Positions 1 through 13,329 are shown, counted from the whole stretch's first letter. The stretch: DNA of 63,158 nt, filler included, from Octopus bimaculoides (GCF_001194135.2; 9 parts of 7 records of this genome joined end to end with filler, not necessarily neighbours in it); one strand, 5' to 3'. The notes: generated by a model from the letters alone, not told the origin. Made by a program: numbers and translations.

Positions 1-562
1 CGTATCACGTCCTCACTTTGTTGTTTTTTTTTGTTTTTGTTTTTTTGAACTTATATGTATGTATATATATATTTGTTTATACATATATATGTATGTATAT
101 ATACATTTATATATATGCATGTATATATGTACGTATATATAATTATTTACTTATATATATGTATATATGTATGTATATATATATGTATATATGTATGTAT
201 ATATATATTTATATATAGCGATAACTGATGAGGCGTGAGTTTGTCCACGTCCTTTGCTTGTTTTTTTTTTCCAGTTTTCCCTATGTCGCATCGTTGTCTT
301 TCGGTATGAATATTAAATATTTAAACAATGTTGAAAGATTTGTTTTTTGTTGAATGGTTTATTTTGTGTCTTCTATGGTATAATCTCTTTAGTCTCAACG
401 CTCGGTCTTGCCAGACAAGCACATTTCCGAAATATATACATAAATATGCTGATAGGCGCGCGCGCACACACACACAAACATACACATATATCTACATACA
501 TACATGTGTGTGTGTATATATATATACATATATACACACACAAACACACACGCACATATGTA

Positions 563-765
563 TTTTATTAGTTTCAGTAATTAGACTGCGGCCATGCTGA
601 GGCACCGCTTTGAAGAATTTATAGTCAGACAAATCCACTCCAGTACATACTTTTAAGCCGGGTACTTATTCTATCGATCTCTTACCCAAGCGTTAAGTCA
701 CAGGGACGTAAACAAACCATCATCAGTTGTCTAGTGTTGGTGGGGAACAGACACCAAATACACAT
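563..765 (-). mobile_element. tRNA-derived SINE (octopus OR-like family), 3' half
   Basis: Reverse complement carries the family tail (ggcggtgcc.cagcatggccgcagtc...actgaaac) and body (gacaac.gat..tg.tgtttacgtccc...gatagaataagtac) that recur more than 10 times in this window. Confidence 0.85.
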
Positions 766-879
766 ATACATACATTCAAATATGAAGATGCTGGTCTTCC
801 TGTGTCTATATATGTGAGTGTGTGCGTGTACGTGTGTGTGTGTGGTGTATGTGTCTGTGTGTGTGGTGTATGTGTCTGT

Positions 880-1095
880 GTGTGTGTTTGTACCTGTGTT
901 TTTTTCCCTCCACCGCTTCACTACCGGCGTTAGTGTGTTTACGTCCTCGTATCTAGCGGTTCGACAAAAGAGAGCAATAGAATAATTACTAGGCTTTAAA
1001 AAATTAGTCCTGGGTTCGATTTGTTCGAGTAATTCCATTTAAGGCGGCGCCCCAGCTTGGCCGCAGCCAAATGCCTGAAACAAGTAAAAGAATAG
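880..1095 (+). mobile_element. Same SINE family, 3' half after a (GT)n tract
   Basis: gtgtttacgtcc...gagcaatagaataattactaggc...ggcggcgccccagcttggccgcagccaaatgcctgaaacaagtaaaagaata. Confidence 0.85.
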
Positions 1096-1103
1096 AAGAT
1101 ACT

Positions 1104-1565
1104 ATTGGTTGCGTGGTAAGAGCATTGCTTCTCAATCACATGGTTTCGAGTTGAGTATCACTGCGTGGCACCTTGCGCAAGTGTCTTCTAGTATAGCCTC
1201 GGTTTGACCTAAGCCTTACGACTGGATTTGGTAGAGGGGAAACTGAAAGAAGCTCATCGTATATATATATATGTGTTGTGCGTGTGTGTGTGTGTTTGTT
1301 TGTGTGTGTGTTTGTGTGTGTGTATGTATGTGTGCGTGTGTGTGTGTGTGTGTGTTTGTGTGTGTGCGCGCGGCTGTATTTGTCCCCTATCTTTGCTTGA
1401 CAACCGACGTTGGTGTGTTTACGTCCCCGCAACGTAGCGGTTCGGCATAAGAGACCGATAGAGTAAGGCTTACAAAGAATAGATTTAGAGTCGACTAAAA
1501 TACCCTTTAAGGCGGTGCTCCAGCATGTCTGCGGTCGAATGACAGAAACAAGTAAAGGAATAAAG
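1104..1565 (+). mobile_element. Near full-length tRNA-derived SINE with internal (GT)n
   Basis: tRNA-like head (gcgtggtaagagc...tttcgagtt), CORE-like ccttgcgcaagtgtcttc, internal (GT)n and the family tail ending gaaacaagtaaagg. Confidence 0.85.
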
Positions 1566-2223
1566 GAACCAAAGAATGCATACACACACACATACTTTTG
1601 GTTTAAAATTATGCGTGTATGTGTGTTCGTGCGTGTGAGTGTGTGTGTATATGAGTTCGAGCGCGCGCGTGTTTGAGTGTACGCATGCATGTGTTTGTGT
1701 GTGTCTTCGTTGTTAAGTGTACAAAGGTAAAGTCTGCAAAAATTATTTAAATTATGGTGGAAGTGAATATGATAAGAAAAAGTCGATATTGTATAAATTA
1801 TCAAATTACATGACATAAGAGAGAGAATAAAATAGGAGAAAAAATACAAACAATATTTTATAAAATGTCTTGTTGATTGACCTCAGAAAATGTAAAATAT
1901 GAGAGTCTAGTTGTAGTGTAGGAGTTATAAGTACAATAATATCTAAAGTAAAAGAAAAGGAGAATAGTATTAGAATTATTTAAAGACGGTGGTTGTTCAT
2001 AAATTGATAGAGTTTATATTGTTCATCGAAAGTCTGTTACAAGAGATGTGTCAGAAATGTGGATTTGTGAGTAATGATGCATATTGTGGTCTGAAGAAAT
2101 GTTGTATGACAGCTTTAGGGAAATGGTGTTTGGAGTTGGAGTGAGTTGGAATTTTGATAGAAAATTAATACGTGTTATTAAAGTTTCCAAGTTATAATTA
2201 GATAATATCTGTTGAGAAGAAGA

Positions 2224-2619
2224 GGAAAAATATAGCCGCCACTCACGAGTGAATGTGAAATTATGAGATCTACCGTGGTTTCTGTGATCTTTTTAGGTTC
2301 CAGTACAATCACGAGTAAGAACAGACTCTCTCTCTCTTGGCACTCCCACCTTTGAGTCAGTAGAACATCTGGGTTGGGGCACAACTGAGAAAATATTAGG
2401 CTGCAGCCAGTTGTAGGCTGTTAATCTAGTGGACTGGAGCAACGTGAAATGATGCACCAAACCCAAACTGCTTTTCACGTTACCAAGTTATATGATAGTA
2501 TGTGTTAAGTGGAATAGGAAAAATTTAGCCGTTACTCACAGGCAAGTCTGAATTGATAACATCTGCCATGGTTTCAGTGATAATTTTAGGTACTCATGTA
2601 GTGGCGAGCACAAACTGAC

Positions 2620-2630
<11 letters not shown>
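2224..2630. repeat. Two diverged direct copies (~115 bp; about 2224-2340 and 2516-2630) of an unidentified element
   Basis: Both read ggaaaaat.tagccg..actcac...atct.cc.tggtttc.gtgat..ttttaggt...cgag.a..aac.gactctct. Confidence 0.65.
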
Positions 2631-3631
<1,001 letters not shown>

Positions 3632-3870
3632 GGGGTAGTAAGCTGGCAGAATCGTTAGCATGGTGGACAAAATGCTTGTTGACTTTTCGTCCGTTTTTAA
3701 TTTTTGAGTTCAAATTCCGCAGAAATCAACTTTGTCTTTCTTCTTTTCGGGATCGATAAAATAGCTACCAGTCAAGTACTCGTGTCAATGTAATCGACAC
3801 CCTCACCCGCACCACCACCACCACCACCTCAAAAATGTTGGTCATTCTAAAGAGAATATTAGAAACTAGT
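3632..3870 (+). mobile_element. SINE with a Nin/Deu-domain-like body
   Basis: gctggcagaatcgttagc...gagttcaaattccgc (B-box)...ctttcttcttttcgggatcgataaaatag.taccag...gatgtaatcgac; homologous copies at 28.2, 36.6, 41.1 and 59.3 kb. The Nin-domain assignment is from recalled consensus. Confidence 0.75.
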
Positions 3871-3984
3871 ACAGAACAAAGATATTGTAATAAACAAAAT
3901 AAATAAATAAAAACCTGAATATTGACTTCTAATAGCAACAGATTAATAATTGAAAATACGTTATACCATAGCTTTCGATAAGAA

Positions 3985-4305
3985 GCTTGCTTGGCCACCA
4001 TACAGTTTCGCGGTCAGTTCCACAGCGCGGCACCTTCAGTAGCATCTTCCACTATAGCCCTGAGCCGACCGAATTCTTGCGAGTGAATTAGGTAGACGGA
4101 AACGGCGTGGAATCCCATCGTGTATGTGTGTGTGTATCCCTTTTCCCCAAGCGTCAAGCTAGTACATTCCCTGTGCACGTCTTTTTGTCTTGTTGTCCGT
4201 TAATTTTATTATTCATTTTCTTTATTGTTTATTTGAATTGACTATATGTATGTGTGTGCTTATGTGTGTGTGTATGCATTTATGTATGTATGTATGCATT
4301 ACACA

Positions 4306-4344
<39 letters not shown>

Positions 4345-4595
4345 ATATATGTATATACGTAAATGTCTAACGATAAGCAAATATATATGTGTGTGTGTCG
4401 GTTTTTGTGTTTGTCCCTCTACCACTTGACAACCGGTATCGGTTCAGCAAAAGCCGTTCAGCAAAAGAGACTGATAGAATAAATAGCAGGCTTTAAAAGA
4501 AAAACAAAAACTGGAAGTGGTTTTTTTGACTAAAGTCTTCAAATGATGTCCCAGCATGGCCGCAGTCCAATGACTGAAACAGCAAAAAGATAAAT
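3985..4595 (+). mobile_element. OR-like SINE (head ~3985-4130, tail ~4395-4595) with expanded internal microsatellite
   Basis: Head aagaagcttgcttggccaccatacagtttcgcggtcagttccacagcgcggcacctt; tail cccagcatggccgcagtccaatgactgaaac. Confidence 0.75.
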
Positions 4596-5176
4596 GCTAA
4601 AATTATAAACTTATACACCCATTCATCGTGAATTGTATACTCCCTATTTTTTTAAAAGTAACCATTGAAAATATAATGGCCTCTTAATTACCCTTAGAGT
4701 ACAACAGAAACACGTCATCATTTAAACATTTCTTTGAATTAGCGAAATACAAAACAGCGTACCCACACCCACTCTATTTTGACCACTGCACGATAAAACA
4801 AAGCCCTTCCCTCAATTTCTCTCAATCTTAATGGAGATAAATGAGGAAGGGAAGTAGGGGGATTAAAGAAAGAGAAGGTCAAGAAATGTAAGAGAGGGGC
4901 AGCGAGGAAAAGAAAGGAGGAAAGAAAGAAGAAAGTATGAAGGGGACTAAAAGAAAGAGTAAAAGAGTCGTACAGAATTTAGATGTATACTTATTTACAA
5001 GGTGAGCAAAAGTGTACGTACGCCGCTATGTGTATATATAAATCCCAAAAATGGAACAAGAACGCAACAGTCNNNNNNNNNNNNNNNNNNNNNNNNNNNN
5101 NNNNNNNNNNNNNNNNNNNNNNNNNNNNNNNNNNNNNNNNNNNNNNNNNNNNNNATATATATATATATATATATAG

Positions 5177-5912
5177 ACTGTTGGCTTTCTTTGGAGCATA
5201 TAAAGAGGGATGTTTCTACTGCATGGATTGTCTCTCTGTCTCTGGTTCAAAGCGATGAACCCAACATTCATCCTGGATTAGGAAACATTCAAGGAAACCA
5301 GCTGGATCTGCCCCAAGCATTGTTAGATTTTCTCATGATGTGAGCAGCTTGGTGCGGTTTCGATCGGGTGTCAGACGTGGCACCCACCGAGCAGAAGCCT
5401 TCGTCGTACCAAGTTCATTGTGCAGAATATTCTCAACTCTCTCACGAGACACGCTAACAACATTGGCTATTTGATCTATAGTTAATTGCCTGTCGTCCAT
5501 CAGCATGTGGTGAACACAATCAACGTTTTCCTCAGTGATAGCCGTTGCAGGACGTCCAGACCTCGGGTCACCATCAAGGCTCTCCTTCCCCTCCTAAATT
5601 CAGTTACCCAGTTTTGCACTGTTAATAAAGCTGGAGCATCATCTCCTAATGTAGCAACCATGTCAGCATTTTTATCTTTCAGTGCTTAGTCCTTTTTCTG
5701 CAGGTAATTGATAAAACCGCGGTGCCAAATTTTGTCCATTTTCAACAGAAGCGGCTCCTCGTCTTGAAGTCTTCTTAGAACAGTCAGGTGTCAGTTTACC
5801 TGGAAATAAACAATGCAGTTATTAATGAGAACCGATATTAATGCATGCAAGATTTCATAGCTCTAGCATCACTCCTTCATAATCAGATTATGCACTTTTC
5901 AGCCGACCCTCG
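5177..5912 (-). mobile_element. mariner transposon 5' portion, decayed (TIR, HTH, WVPRL motif and first catalytic Asp)
   Basis: Minus strand from ATG at 5739: MDKIWHRG...DAPALLTVQNWVTEFRRGR/DPRSGRPATAITEENV...SARWVPRL...FLIQDECWVHRFEPETERQSMQ*, with stops and frameshifts. The end reads TA|CGAGGGTCGGCTGAAAAGT (TA at 5913-5914), a typical mariner TIR start. Confidence 0.92.
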
Positions 5913-6169
5913 TACATTACATTCATTCGTATGCATATACATCTGCATACGAACACACCAACGCAGGCTCGCGGGCAGCATCACTTGATCATCCGCTGAG
6001 TCGCATGCACAATCCGAGTTCGATTCCTATGTTCAAACTATTTTTTACTTAAACCCATAAAAGCATAGATATAGGAAAGGCACGAATATCACTCTATCCC
6101 CATTTCCGGTTAGTCTCAATAAATTTCCGTTCTTCATGCCTTCATCCACATTCAATCAAAACATCGTTG

Positions 6170-6678
6170 TTTTCATTAACATCACCATAATTATCATCAT
6201 CCTCATCACCACCACTATCATCATCATGATCATCATCATCATCATCATCGTCATCATCATCATTATTGTTATCGTTATTATTATTGTGGTGGTGGTGGTG
6301 GTGGTGGTGGTGGCGGTGGTGACTGTTGTTAAGTGGTGGTAGTCATCAATATCATCGACGTCGTCGTCGCCGTCATCATCGTCATCATCATCATCATCAT
6401 CATCGCCTTTGTCATCGTCATCATCATCATCGTTGTCTTTATCGTGGTTATCATTATCATCATTATCATCATCATTACCATCGTCATTGCGGTGATAGTG
6501 GTGGGGATGGTGGTGTCGATGGTGGTGGTGACGGTGGTGGTGACGGTGGTGGTGGTAGCGCTCAAGTGGTGGTAAAGTGGTGGTTAGGTGGTGGTAGTGA
6601 TCGTCATCATCACCATCATCACAGTCATCATTACCATCACCACCACCAACATCATAGTCATCATCATCACCACCGCTG

Positions 6679-6737
<59 letters not shown>

Positions 6738-7749
6738 GTAGTCATGGTCGTCGTGGTCNNNNNNNNNNNNNNNNNNNNNNNNNNNNNNNNNNNNNNNNNN
6801 NNNNNNNNNNNNNNNNNNNNNNNNNNNNNNNNNNNNNNNNNNNNNNNNNNNNNNNNNNNNNNNNNNNNNNNNNNNNNNNNNNNNNNNNNNNNNNNNNNNN
6901 NNNNNNNNNNNNNNNNNNNNNNNNNNNNNNNNNNNNNNNNNNNNNNNNNNNNNNNNNNNNNNNNNNNNNNNNNNNNNNNNNNNNNNNNNNNNNNNNNNNN
7001 NNNNNNNNNNNNNNNNNNNNNNNNNNNNNNNNNNNNNNNNNNNNNNNNNNNNNNNNNNNNNNNNNNNNNNNNNNNNNNNNNNNNNNNNNNNNNNNNNNNN
7101 NNNNNNNNNNNNNNNNNNNNNNNNNNNNNNNNNNNNNNNNNNNNNNNNNNNNNNNNNNNNNNNNNNNNNNNNNNNNNNNNNNNNNNNNNNNNNNNNNNNN
7201 NNNNNNNNNNNNNNNNNNNNNNNNNNNNNNNNNNNNNNNNNNNNNNNNNNNNNNNNNNNNNNNNNNNNNNNNNNNNNNNNNNNNNNNNNNNNNNNNNNNN
7301 NNNNNNNNNNNNNNNNNNNNNNNNNNNNNNNNNNNNNNNNNNNNNNNNNNNNNNNNNNNNNNNNNNNNNNNNNNNNNNNNNNNNNNNNNNNNNNNNNNNN
7401 NNNNNNNNNNNNNNNNNNNNNNNNNNNNNNNNNNNNNNNNNNNNNNNNNNNNNNNNNNNNNNNNNNNNNNNNNNNGTGGTGGTGGTGGTGGACAGGAAAT
7501 CTTTTCTGTTGTTTCTCCTCCTCCTACTTTAATCGTTATTGTTATCATTAACATCATAATGAAAAGAATCCATCGATCCGTCATCATCATCATCATCATC
7601 ATCATCGTCATCATCATCATCGTCATCACTGTCATCATCATCATCATCATCATCATCACTAATATCACGTTCTTGTTTTCAACATATTGATATTGTTCCA
7701 AAATCATCACCATTTTCATCATCATCATCATCATCATCACCATCATTAC

Positions 7750-7794
<45 letters not shown>

Positions 7795-7860
7795 TGTCCT
7801 TCGTACATCATCATGATTATGATCATCATCATCATCACAACTATAATCATCAGTTATTAT
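6170..7860. repeat. Compound (ATC)n/(GGT)n trinucleotide microsatellite around a gap
   Basis: Directly visible; generates the poly-His/Ile/Met ORFs. Confidence 0.95.
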
Positions 7861-8129
7861 TTCTGCCATTGCTGTCATCAGCTGACATGTCAGTCATCAC
7901 CCACTCACACCTCTCTCTATACACACACACACTCTAACATACACGCACTCTCTCTCTATCACTTTCTTTCCCCTCACTTTCACTTTCACTTTCTCTGTAC
8001 CATTCCAACCCCTTCCTCGCCCCCAACCCATCCACCATTGTTTCATTCATAACACACTTCACCCCTCCCACCTCCTCTGTTTATTACTTCTTCACACAAG
8101 CATAATTCTTTCCCCTACTGACACCTCTC

Positions 8130-8535
8130 AACCTCACCGGAATTCGACCACGCGTCACCCCCACCCACACACCACCACCACCACCACCCGTAGCAATACG
8201 ACCTTGCTACCAGCACCATCAGCACTACCACCAATATGTCACCACTCCCAATACTATCTCCAAACGCATCAACTTACTCCGTCACCGCTACCAATCTCTA
8301 CTGTAACCACCACCATCACTAACAATACCATCACTGCCGCCGTCATCGCCGACACCGCCATTAAGGGCACCCCCTTACCATCATACTCACTATCACCGCC
8401 GGCGCCACCACCACTACCAACACCACCACCACCACCACTAACAACACAGCCACTACTACTATCAACAGTACCATCACCACCACCGCCACCACCACCACCA
8501 TTACCATCACTACCATCAAAACTACAACCATCACC
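8130..8535. repeat. Degenerate (CAC/ACC)n low-complexity tract
   Basis: Directly visible; the Pro/Thr-rich ORF 8204..8587 is compositional. Confidence 0.85.
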
Positions 8536-8635
8536 NNNNNNNNNNNNNNNNNNNNNNNNNNNNNNNNNNNNNNNNNNNNTTAATTAATTAANNNNNNNNN
8601 NNNNNNNNNNNNNNNNNNNNNNNNNNNNNNNNNNN

Positions 8636-8672
<37 letters not shown>

Positions 8673-9121
8673 AAGTAATCTCTCGCCAATACGCGGTTTA
8701 TTATTTAACCTTACATTGATCATGGTGTTGTTTTGCATTTAAAATAAAATAAATATATACAAATTATAAAAATAACTTTTAAAATGTACAGTGCAGTTCT
8801 GTTTCTACTTTGCAGATTTTCACCTATTGCAGTGGGGTTTGGAACGTAACACCCATGATAGCCAAGGGTTTACTGTATATATATTTATATATACACTCAT
8901 GCCATGCAGCTTGCTTGAGGGCATTTATTCATCCATATTTGTTAACGGTTATTTTAAATACTTTTCTCGTTGTATTGTGTGCTCACTTCTCTTTTTTTTC
9001 TTTCTATCTGTAGTTTTATTTTTGATCTATATCAAAGAAGATATTTCCTCCATCTGGCTGCTTTTCTACAAAACGAGAAGTTACTTTGCAGAACTGTTAT
9101 TTTAACGAGCTGTGTCTATTT

Positions 9122-9227
9122 ATCACCTGATGAGATACATCTGCACCACCGGATGTCCCTGAACCAGTTGTTGGGTGTCCCACCCATGCGGGACTGATGC
9201 TAGATGTGTCGAAATAATTGTCATGAT
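9122..9227 (+). ncRNA. Type I hammerhead ribozyme with an enlarged, branched stem II
   Basis: Stem I atca(c), CTGATGA at 9127-9133, stem II gatacatct/agatgtgtc (9 bp, one GU), GAAA at 9211-9214, near-palindromic stem III ATAATTGT, GTC triplet at 9220-9222, then (a)tgat pairing with atca. Confidence 0.8.
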
Positions 9228-9304
9228 TAAGAAATTCTCATATATTCCCTCTTCTGTCTTTCATTTGCCACATATATATATATATTTTTTTATTTTATTT
9301 TTAT

Positions 9305-9525
9305 TTTATTTTATCTAGTTTCAGTTCATGAGCTGTGGCCATGCTGGGGCACCGCCATTTAGTGTTGCTATATAATTTTACTTCACGAATGCTTTTTAGG
9401 AATTAATATTTGGTGCATGAGAGACTTTGATGCAGCTGCCCTCATCTGCAACTCCTGCCACGAAGTTGGTTCCTCTGGGACACTTGACAGGAAGAGGTCC
9501 AGCTTTATTCTGAAGACACCTACAT
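9305..9525 (-). mobile_element. CR1-group LINE 3' end (ORF2 C-terminus plus tail)
   Basis: Minus translation GVFRIKLDLFLSSVPEEPTSWQELQMRAAASKSL followed by the tail ggcggtgccccagcatggccacagctcatgaactgaaactaga; homologous to 49555-49810. Confidence 0.7.
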
Positions 9526-9544
9526 CATTTGATTGCTTCAGTCA

Positions 9545-9965
9545 TTAGGCTGCGGCCATCCTGGAGCAACACCTCAAAGAACTTTTAGTTGAATGAATCG
9601 AACCCAGCACATTTTTTAAGCCTGGTANNNNNNNNNNNNNNNNNNNNNNNNNNNNNNNNNNNNNNNNNNNNNNNNNNNNNNNNNNNNNNNNNNNNNNNNN
9701 NNNNNNNNNNNNNNNNNNNNNNNNNNNNNNNNNNNNNNNNNNNNNNNNNNNNNNNNNNNNNNNNNNNNNNNNNNNNNNNNNNNNNNNNNNNNNNNNNNNN
9801 NNNNNNNNNNNNNNTATATATATATATATATATATATCACAGGCTTTTTTCAATTTCCATCAATCAAATCCACTCATAAGGCTTTGTTTGGCCTGCGGCC
9901 ATTGTAGAAGAACTTGCCAATGTGCTACGCAGTGGGACTGAACCTAGAATCATGTGTTCAGGTTC
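9545..9965 (-). mobile_element. OR-like SINE spanning a gap (tail 9545-9627, head 9845-9965)
   Basis: Tail ctgcggccatcctggagcaac and head gcagtgggactgaacctagaatcatgtg match the family on the minus strand. Confidence 0.75.
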
Positions 9966-10333
9966 TAGCTACGTCCTCTTGCAGCACACCTGCTTATTCC
10001 AGTATTCAGTTTCAAGTCCGCATGTAATTCTTATATTTATGTGAGATTAGGGTTAAGGAGTTCTGGAAATATTGTTTCTAGGGTAATTATATGTCAAAAC
10101 AGAAAGCTGGACCCATCTTTTGGCATTATTTATTCACCATAACACGTTTCAATTCCTAACAGGAATTACAATATATATGTAGGACAAACTTGTAAGAGAT
10201 GACTTATTAGAAATTCTTCTGACTAAGAATCAATTAAACATTGATATATTGAAACAACTGAGCGACAATTAACAAAGAAAGGGCACGAAACAGATTTTGA
10301 TAAACTTATTTCCTTAATCTTGTTTTTATCCAG

Positions 10334-10507
10334 ATTTATAAAAATTTCAGCACTGAAAAACATGATACAGTTCATCTGCAAAGCAGCAGTGTAGAACATG
10401 AACCGAGTCACGGCCCATGTTTCACTGCCATGAAGCATGGCTGTTCGTACACATGCGTCACACAGTCTGCCTTTTACTCAGTGAGAGGCCCCTTGTCACC
10501 AGCAGAG
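10334..10507 (+). other. Candidate 174-nt phase 0-0 exon, largely antisense to the RTE fragment
   Basis: Acceptor cttgtttttatccAG (10332-10333), 58 open codons IYKNFSTEKH...RGPLSPAE, donor GAG|GTAAGA. No known protein similarity recognised. Confidence 0.3.
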
Positions 10508-10700
10508 GTAAGAGCTCTCTGAACTTTGCCCAGGCTATTCTTATTCTAGCAGCTACACTTCCAGTGCATCCTCCCCCACTACTAACTTTGTCACCTAGAT
10601 AGCCGAAGCTATCAACTAAGTCTAGTTTTTCACCCTGGAATGTGACCAAAGTTCTTTTCTGCACATTTTTAGTGTTTATTGCTCCTGAACATCTACCACA
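10400..10700 (-). mobile_element. RTE-clade LINE reverse transcriptase fragment
   Basis: TFQGEKLDLVDSFGYLGDKVSSGGGCTGSVAARIRIAWAKFRELLPLLVTRGLSL...MLHGSETWAVT matches the RTE RT domain 7/thumb pattern. Confidence 0.88.
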
Positions 10701-12198
10701 TACAAAAACTAACTTATATATATGTATGTGTGTGTGTGTGTGTGTGTGTGAGTGTGTATGTGTGTCTATAGATAGATATAGATAGATAGATACATACATA
10801 CATGCATACATACATAGAGTGGGAGAGAGAGAAGGAGGAGAGAGAAATAGAGTGACAGACAGACAGACAGACAGAGAAAGCAAACAGCAGGCGGGAGAGA
10901 GAAAGAGAGGTGAGAGTGAAAGCTAGAGTGAAATAGTGACTATGGTGTGAACATGAGTTATTTCAAGTTTCATGTTTTTGGAAAACAATTTCAAAATCCA
11001 TTAATCTTTCGTCAGTATAAAACAAGTGAAATATTCTAATATTCATTTCCGTTTTAGTATTATGGGAAATTACAGAAGTGCACTCCTTTTCTGAGACATG
11101 CATTTATTTCTCATTGTGAAAACATGTAGGGCAACAAGAATAAGAGAAAGAAATGACGAAAATAATTTCTAAATAGTAAAAGAAAGCTGTTATGGGAGAA
11201 GTCGGTGTGTGGNNNNNNNNNNNNNNNNNNNNNNNNNNNNNNNNNNNNNNNNNNNNNNNNNNNNNNNNNNNNNNNNNNNNNNNNNNNNNNNNNNNNNNNN
11301 NNNNNNNNNNNNNNNNNNNNNNNNNNNNNNNNNNNNNNNNNNNNNNNNNNNNNNNNNNNNNNNNNNNNNNNNNNNNNNNNNNNNNNNNNNNNNNNNNNNN
11401 NNNNNNNNNNNNNNNNNNNNNNNNNNNNNNNNNNNNNNNNNNNNNNNNNNNNNNNNNNNNNNNNNNNNNNNNNNNNNNNNNNNNNNNNNNNNNNNNNNNN
11501 NNNNNNNNNNNNNNNNNNNNNNNNNNNNNNNNNNNNNNNNNNNNNNNNNNNNNNNNNNNNNNNNNNNNNNNNNNNNNNNNNNNNNNNNNNNNNNNNNNNN
11601 NNNNNNNNNNNNNNNNNNNNNNNNNNNNNNNNNNNNNNNNNNNNNNNNNNNNNNNNNNNNNNNNNNNNNNNNNNNNNNNNNNNNNNNNNNNNNNNNNNNN
11701 NNNNNNNNNNNNNNNNNNNNNNNNNNNNNNNNNNNNNNNNNNNNNNNNNNNNNNNNNNNNNNNNNNNNNNNNNNNNNNNNNNNNNNNNNNNNNNNNNNNN
11801 NNNNNNNNNNNNNNNNNNNNNNNNNNNNNNNNNNNNNNNNNNNNNNNNNNNNNNNNNNNNNNNNNNNNNNNNNNNNNNNNNNNNNNNNNNNNNNNNNNNN
11901 NNNNNNNNNNNNNNNNNNNNNNNNNNNNNNNNNNNNNNNNNNNNNNNNNNNNNNNNNNNNNNNNNNNNNNNNNNNNNNNNNNNNNNNNNNNNNNNNNNNN
12001 NNNNNNNNNNNNNNNNNNNNNNNNNNNNNNNNNNNNNNNNNNNNNNNNNNNNNNNNNNNNNNNNNNNNNNNNNNNNNNNNNNNNNNNNNNNNNNNNNNNN
12101 NNNNNNNNNNNNNNNNNNNNNNNNNNNNNNNNNNNNNNNNNNNNNNNNNNNNNNNNNNNNNNNNNNNNNNNNNNNNNNNNNNNNNNNNNNNNNNNNNN

Positions 12199-12267
<69 letters not shown>

Positions 12268-12435
12268 ATACATATATATATATATTTGTGTATATGTATA
12301 TGTATATATATATATACATACACATACATACACATACAGACATACATATATATATGCATATATATTTACAGGCATACATCCAGATGCATTTATGTGTTTG
12401 TATGTATATATTTACATGTATGCATACATACATAC

Positions 12436-12750
12436 GAAACCTCCAGCTTCTATCTCCAGACTATGAATTCCTATTCATACCAATAATAATTGGAGCATTA
12501 GGTGTTGTTAGTAAATGCTTAAAGGAGAATCTGGATAAACTGCGATTTTCAAAAAGAGAATTCGACTGGCTAATTCGTACATTACAAGTGCAATCTGTGA
12601 GTGGAACAGTAAAAATACACAACACTTTTCTCAAGTTCCAAATGTGAATTTTGTCTGTGTTAACTACATCCCAAAGATGGAGCGTTTTATCTTTGTTGAA
12701 AATCGGCTCCCTACTTAGTGGAAGATTTACAATAATTAAAAAACGAAGAG
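12436..12750 (+). mobile_element. 5'-truncated R4/Dong-like (RLE-type) non-LTR retrotransposon 3' end
   Basis: [38 protein letters not shown]...LQVQSVSGTVKIHNTFLKF, then a 3' UTR ending at (ACAT)n. Confidence 0.75.
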
Positions 12751-13329
12751 ACATACATACATACATATGTACATATGTAAATACATACATACACATGTAT
12801 TAATATACATGTGTATGTGCGGGTATGAGTATATGCGCACATGCACAATCACATGCATGTATCATCGTTGTCATGTACTGTATGCCTGCAACTCATTGAA
12901 AACACTAAACAAAAGTCACTCGATTAAGTGAGATTTCTCCAGCTCCCTTGTGACTCTTGTCCAAACAGCTCTTCATATTTTCCATTCACTCTGTTCTTTG
13001 CTTTTCTCATGACGTACTACTCTTTATTCTTCCTTCCATATTAATGTTTTCCAAACCATTGCTTCTTAACACACTCACACTTTTATGTTCAATTACAATG
13101 GACACAATTTGTAGAGTACAAATATATTATTCTTTCATAAGAATAGTATAGCTGACTGAAACTTCAAAGTCACTGAAAATTCTATTCCTGTTAAAGAAAT
13201 ATATGTATATACATATATATANNNNNNNNNNNNNNNNNNNNNNNNNNNNNNNNNNNNNNNNNNNNTTAATTAATTAANNNNNNNNNNNNNNNNNNNNNNN
13301 NNNNNNNNNNNNNNNNNNNNNTATATATA

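Noticed and set aside
219-262. CTGATGA followed by a 6-bp hairpin (similar motif at 15935)
   Set aside because: No GAAA or stem III follows, so it cannot form a hammerhead core. It is probably a flank of the PLE-related repeat.
8791-8870. Strong acceptor tctactttgcAG at about 8816
   Set aside because: There is no convincing paired donor or recognisable peptide.
10981-11020. Minus-strand CTGACGA...GAAA in AT-rich DNA (similar weak hits at 45646 and 52721)
   Set aside because: Pairing relies on A/T and GU only and stem I does not form; expected by chance.
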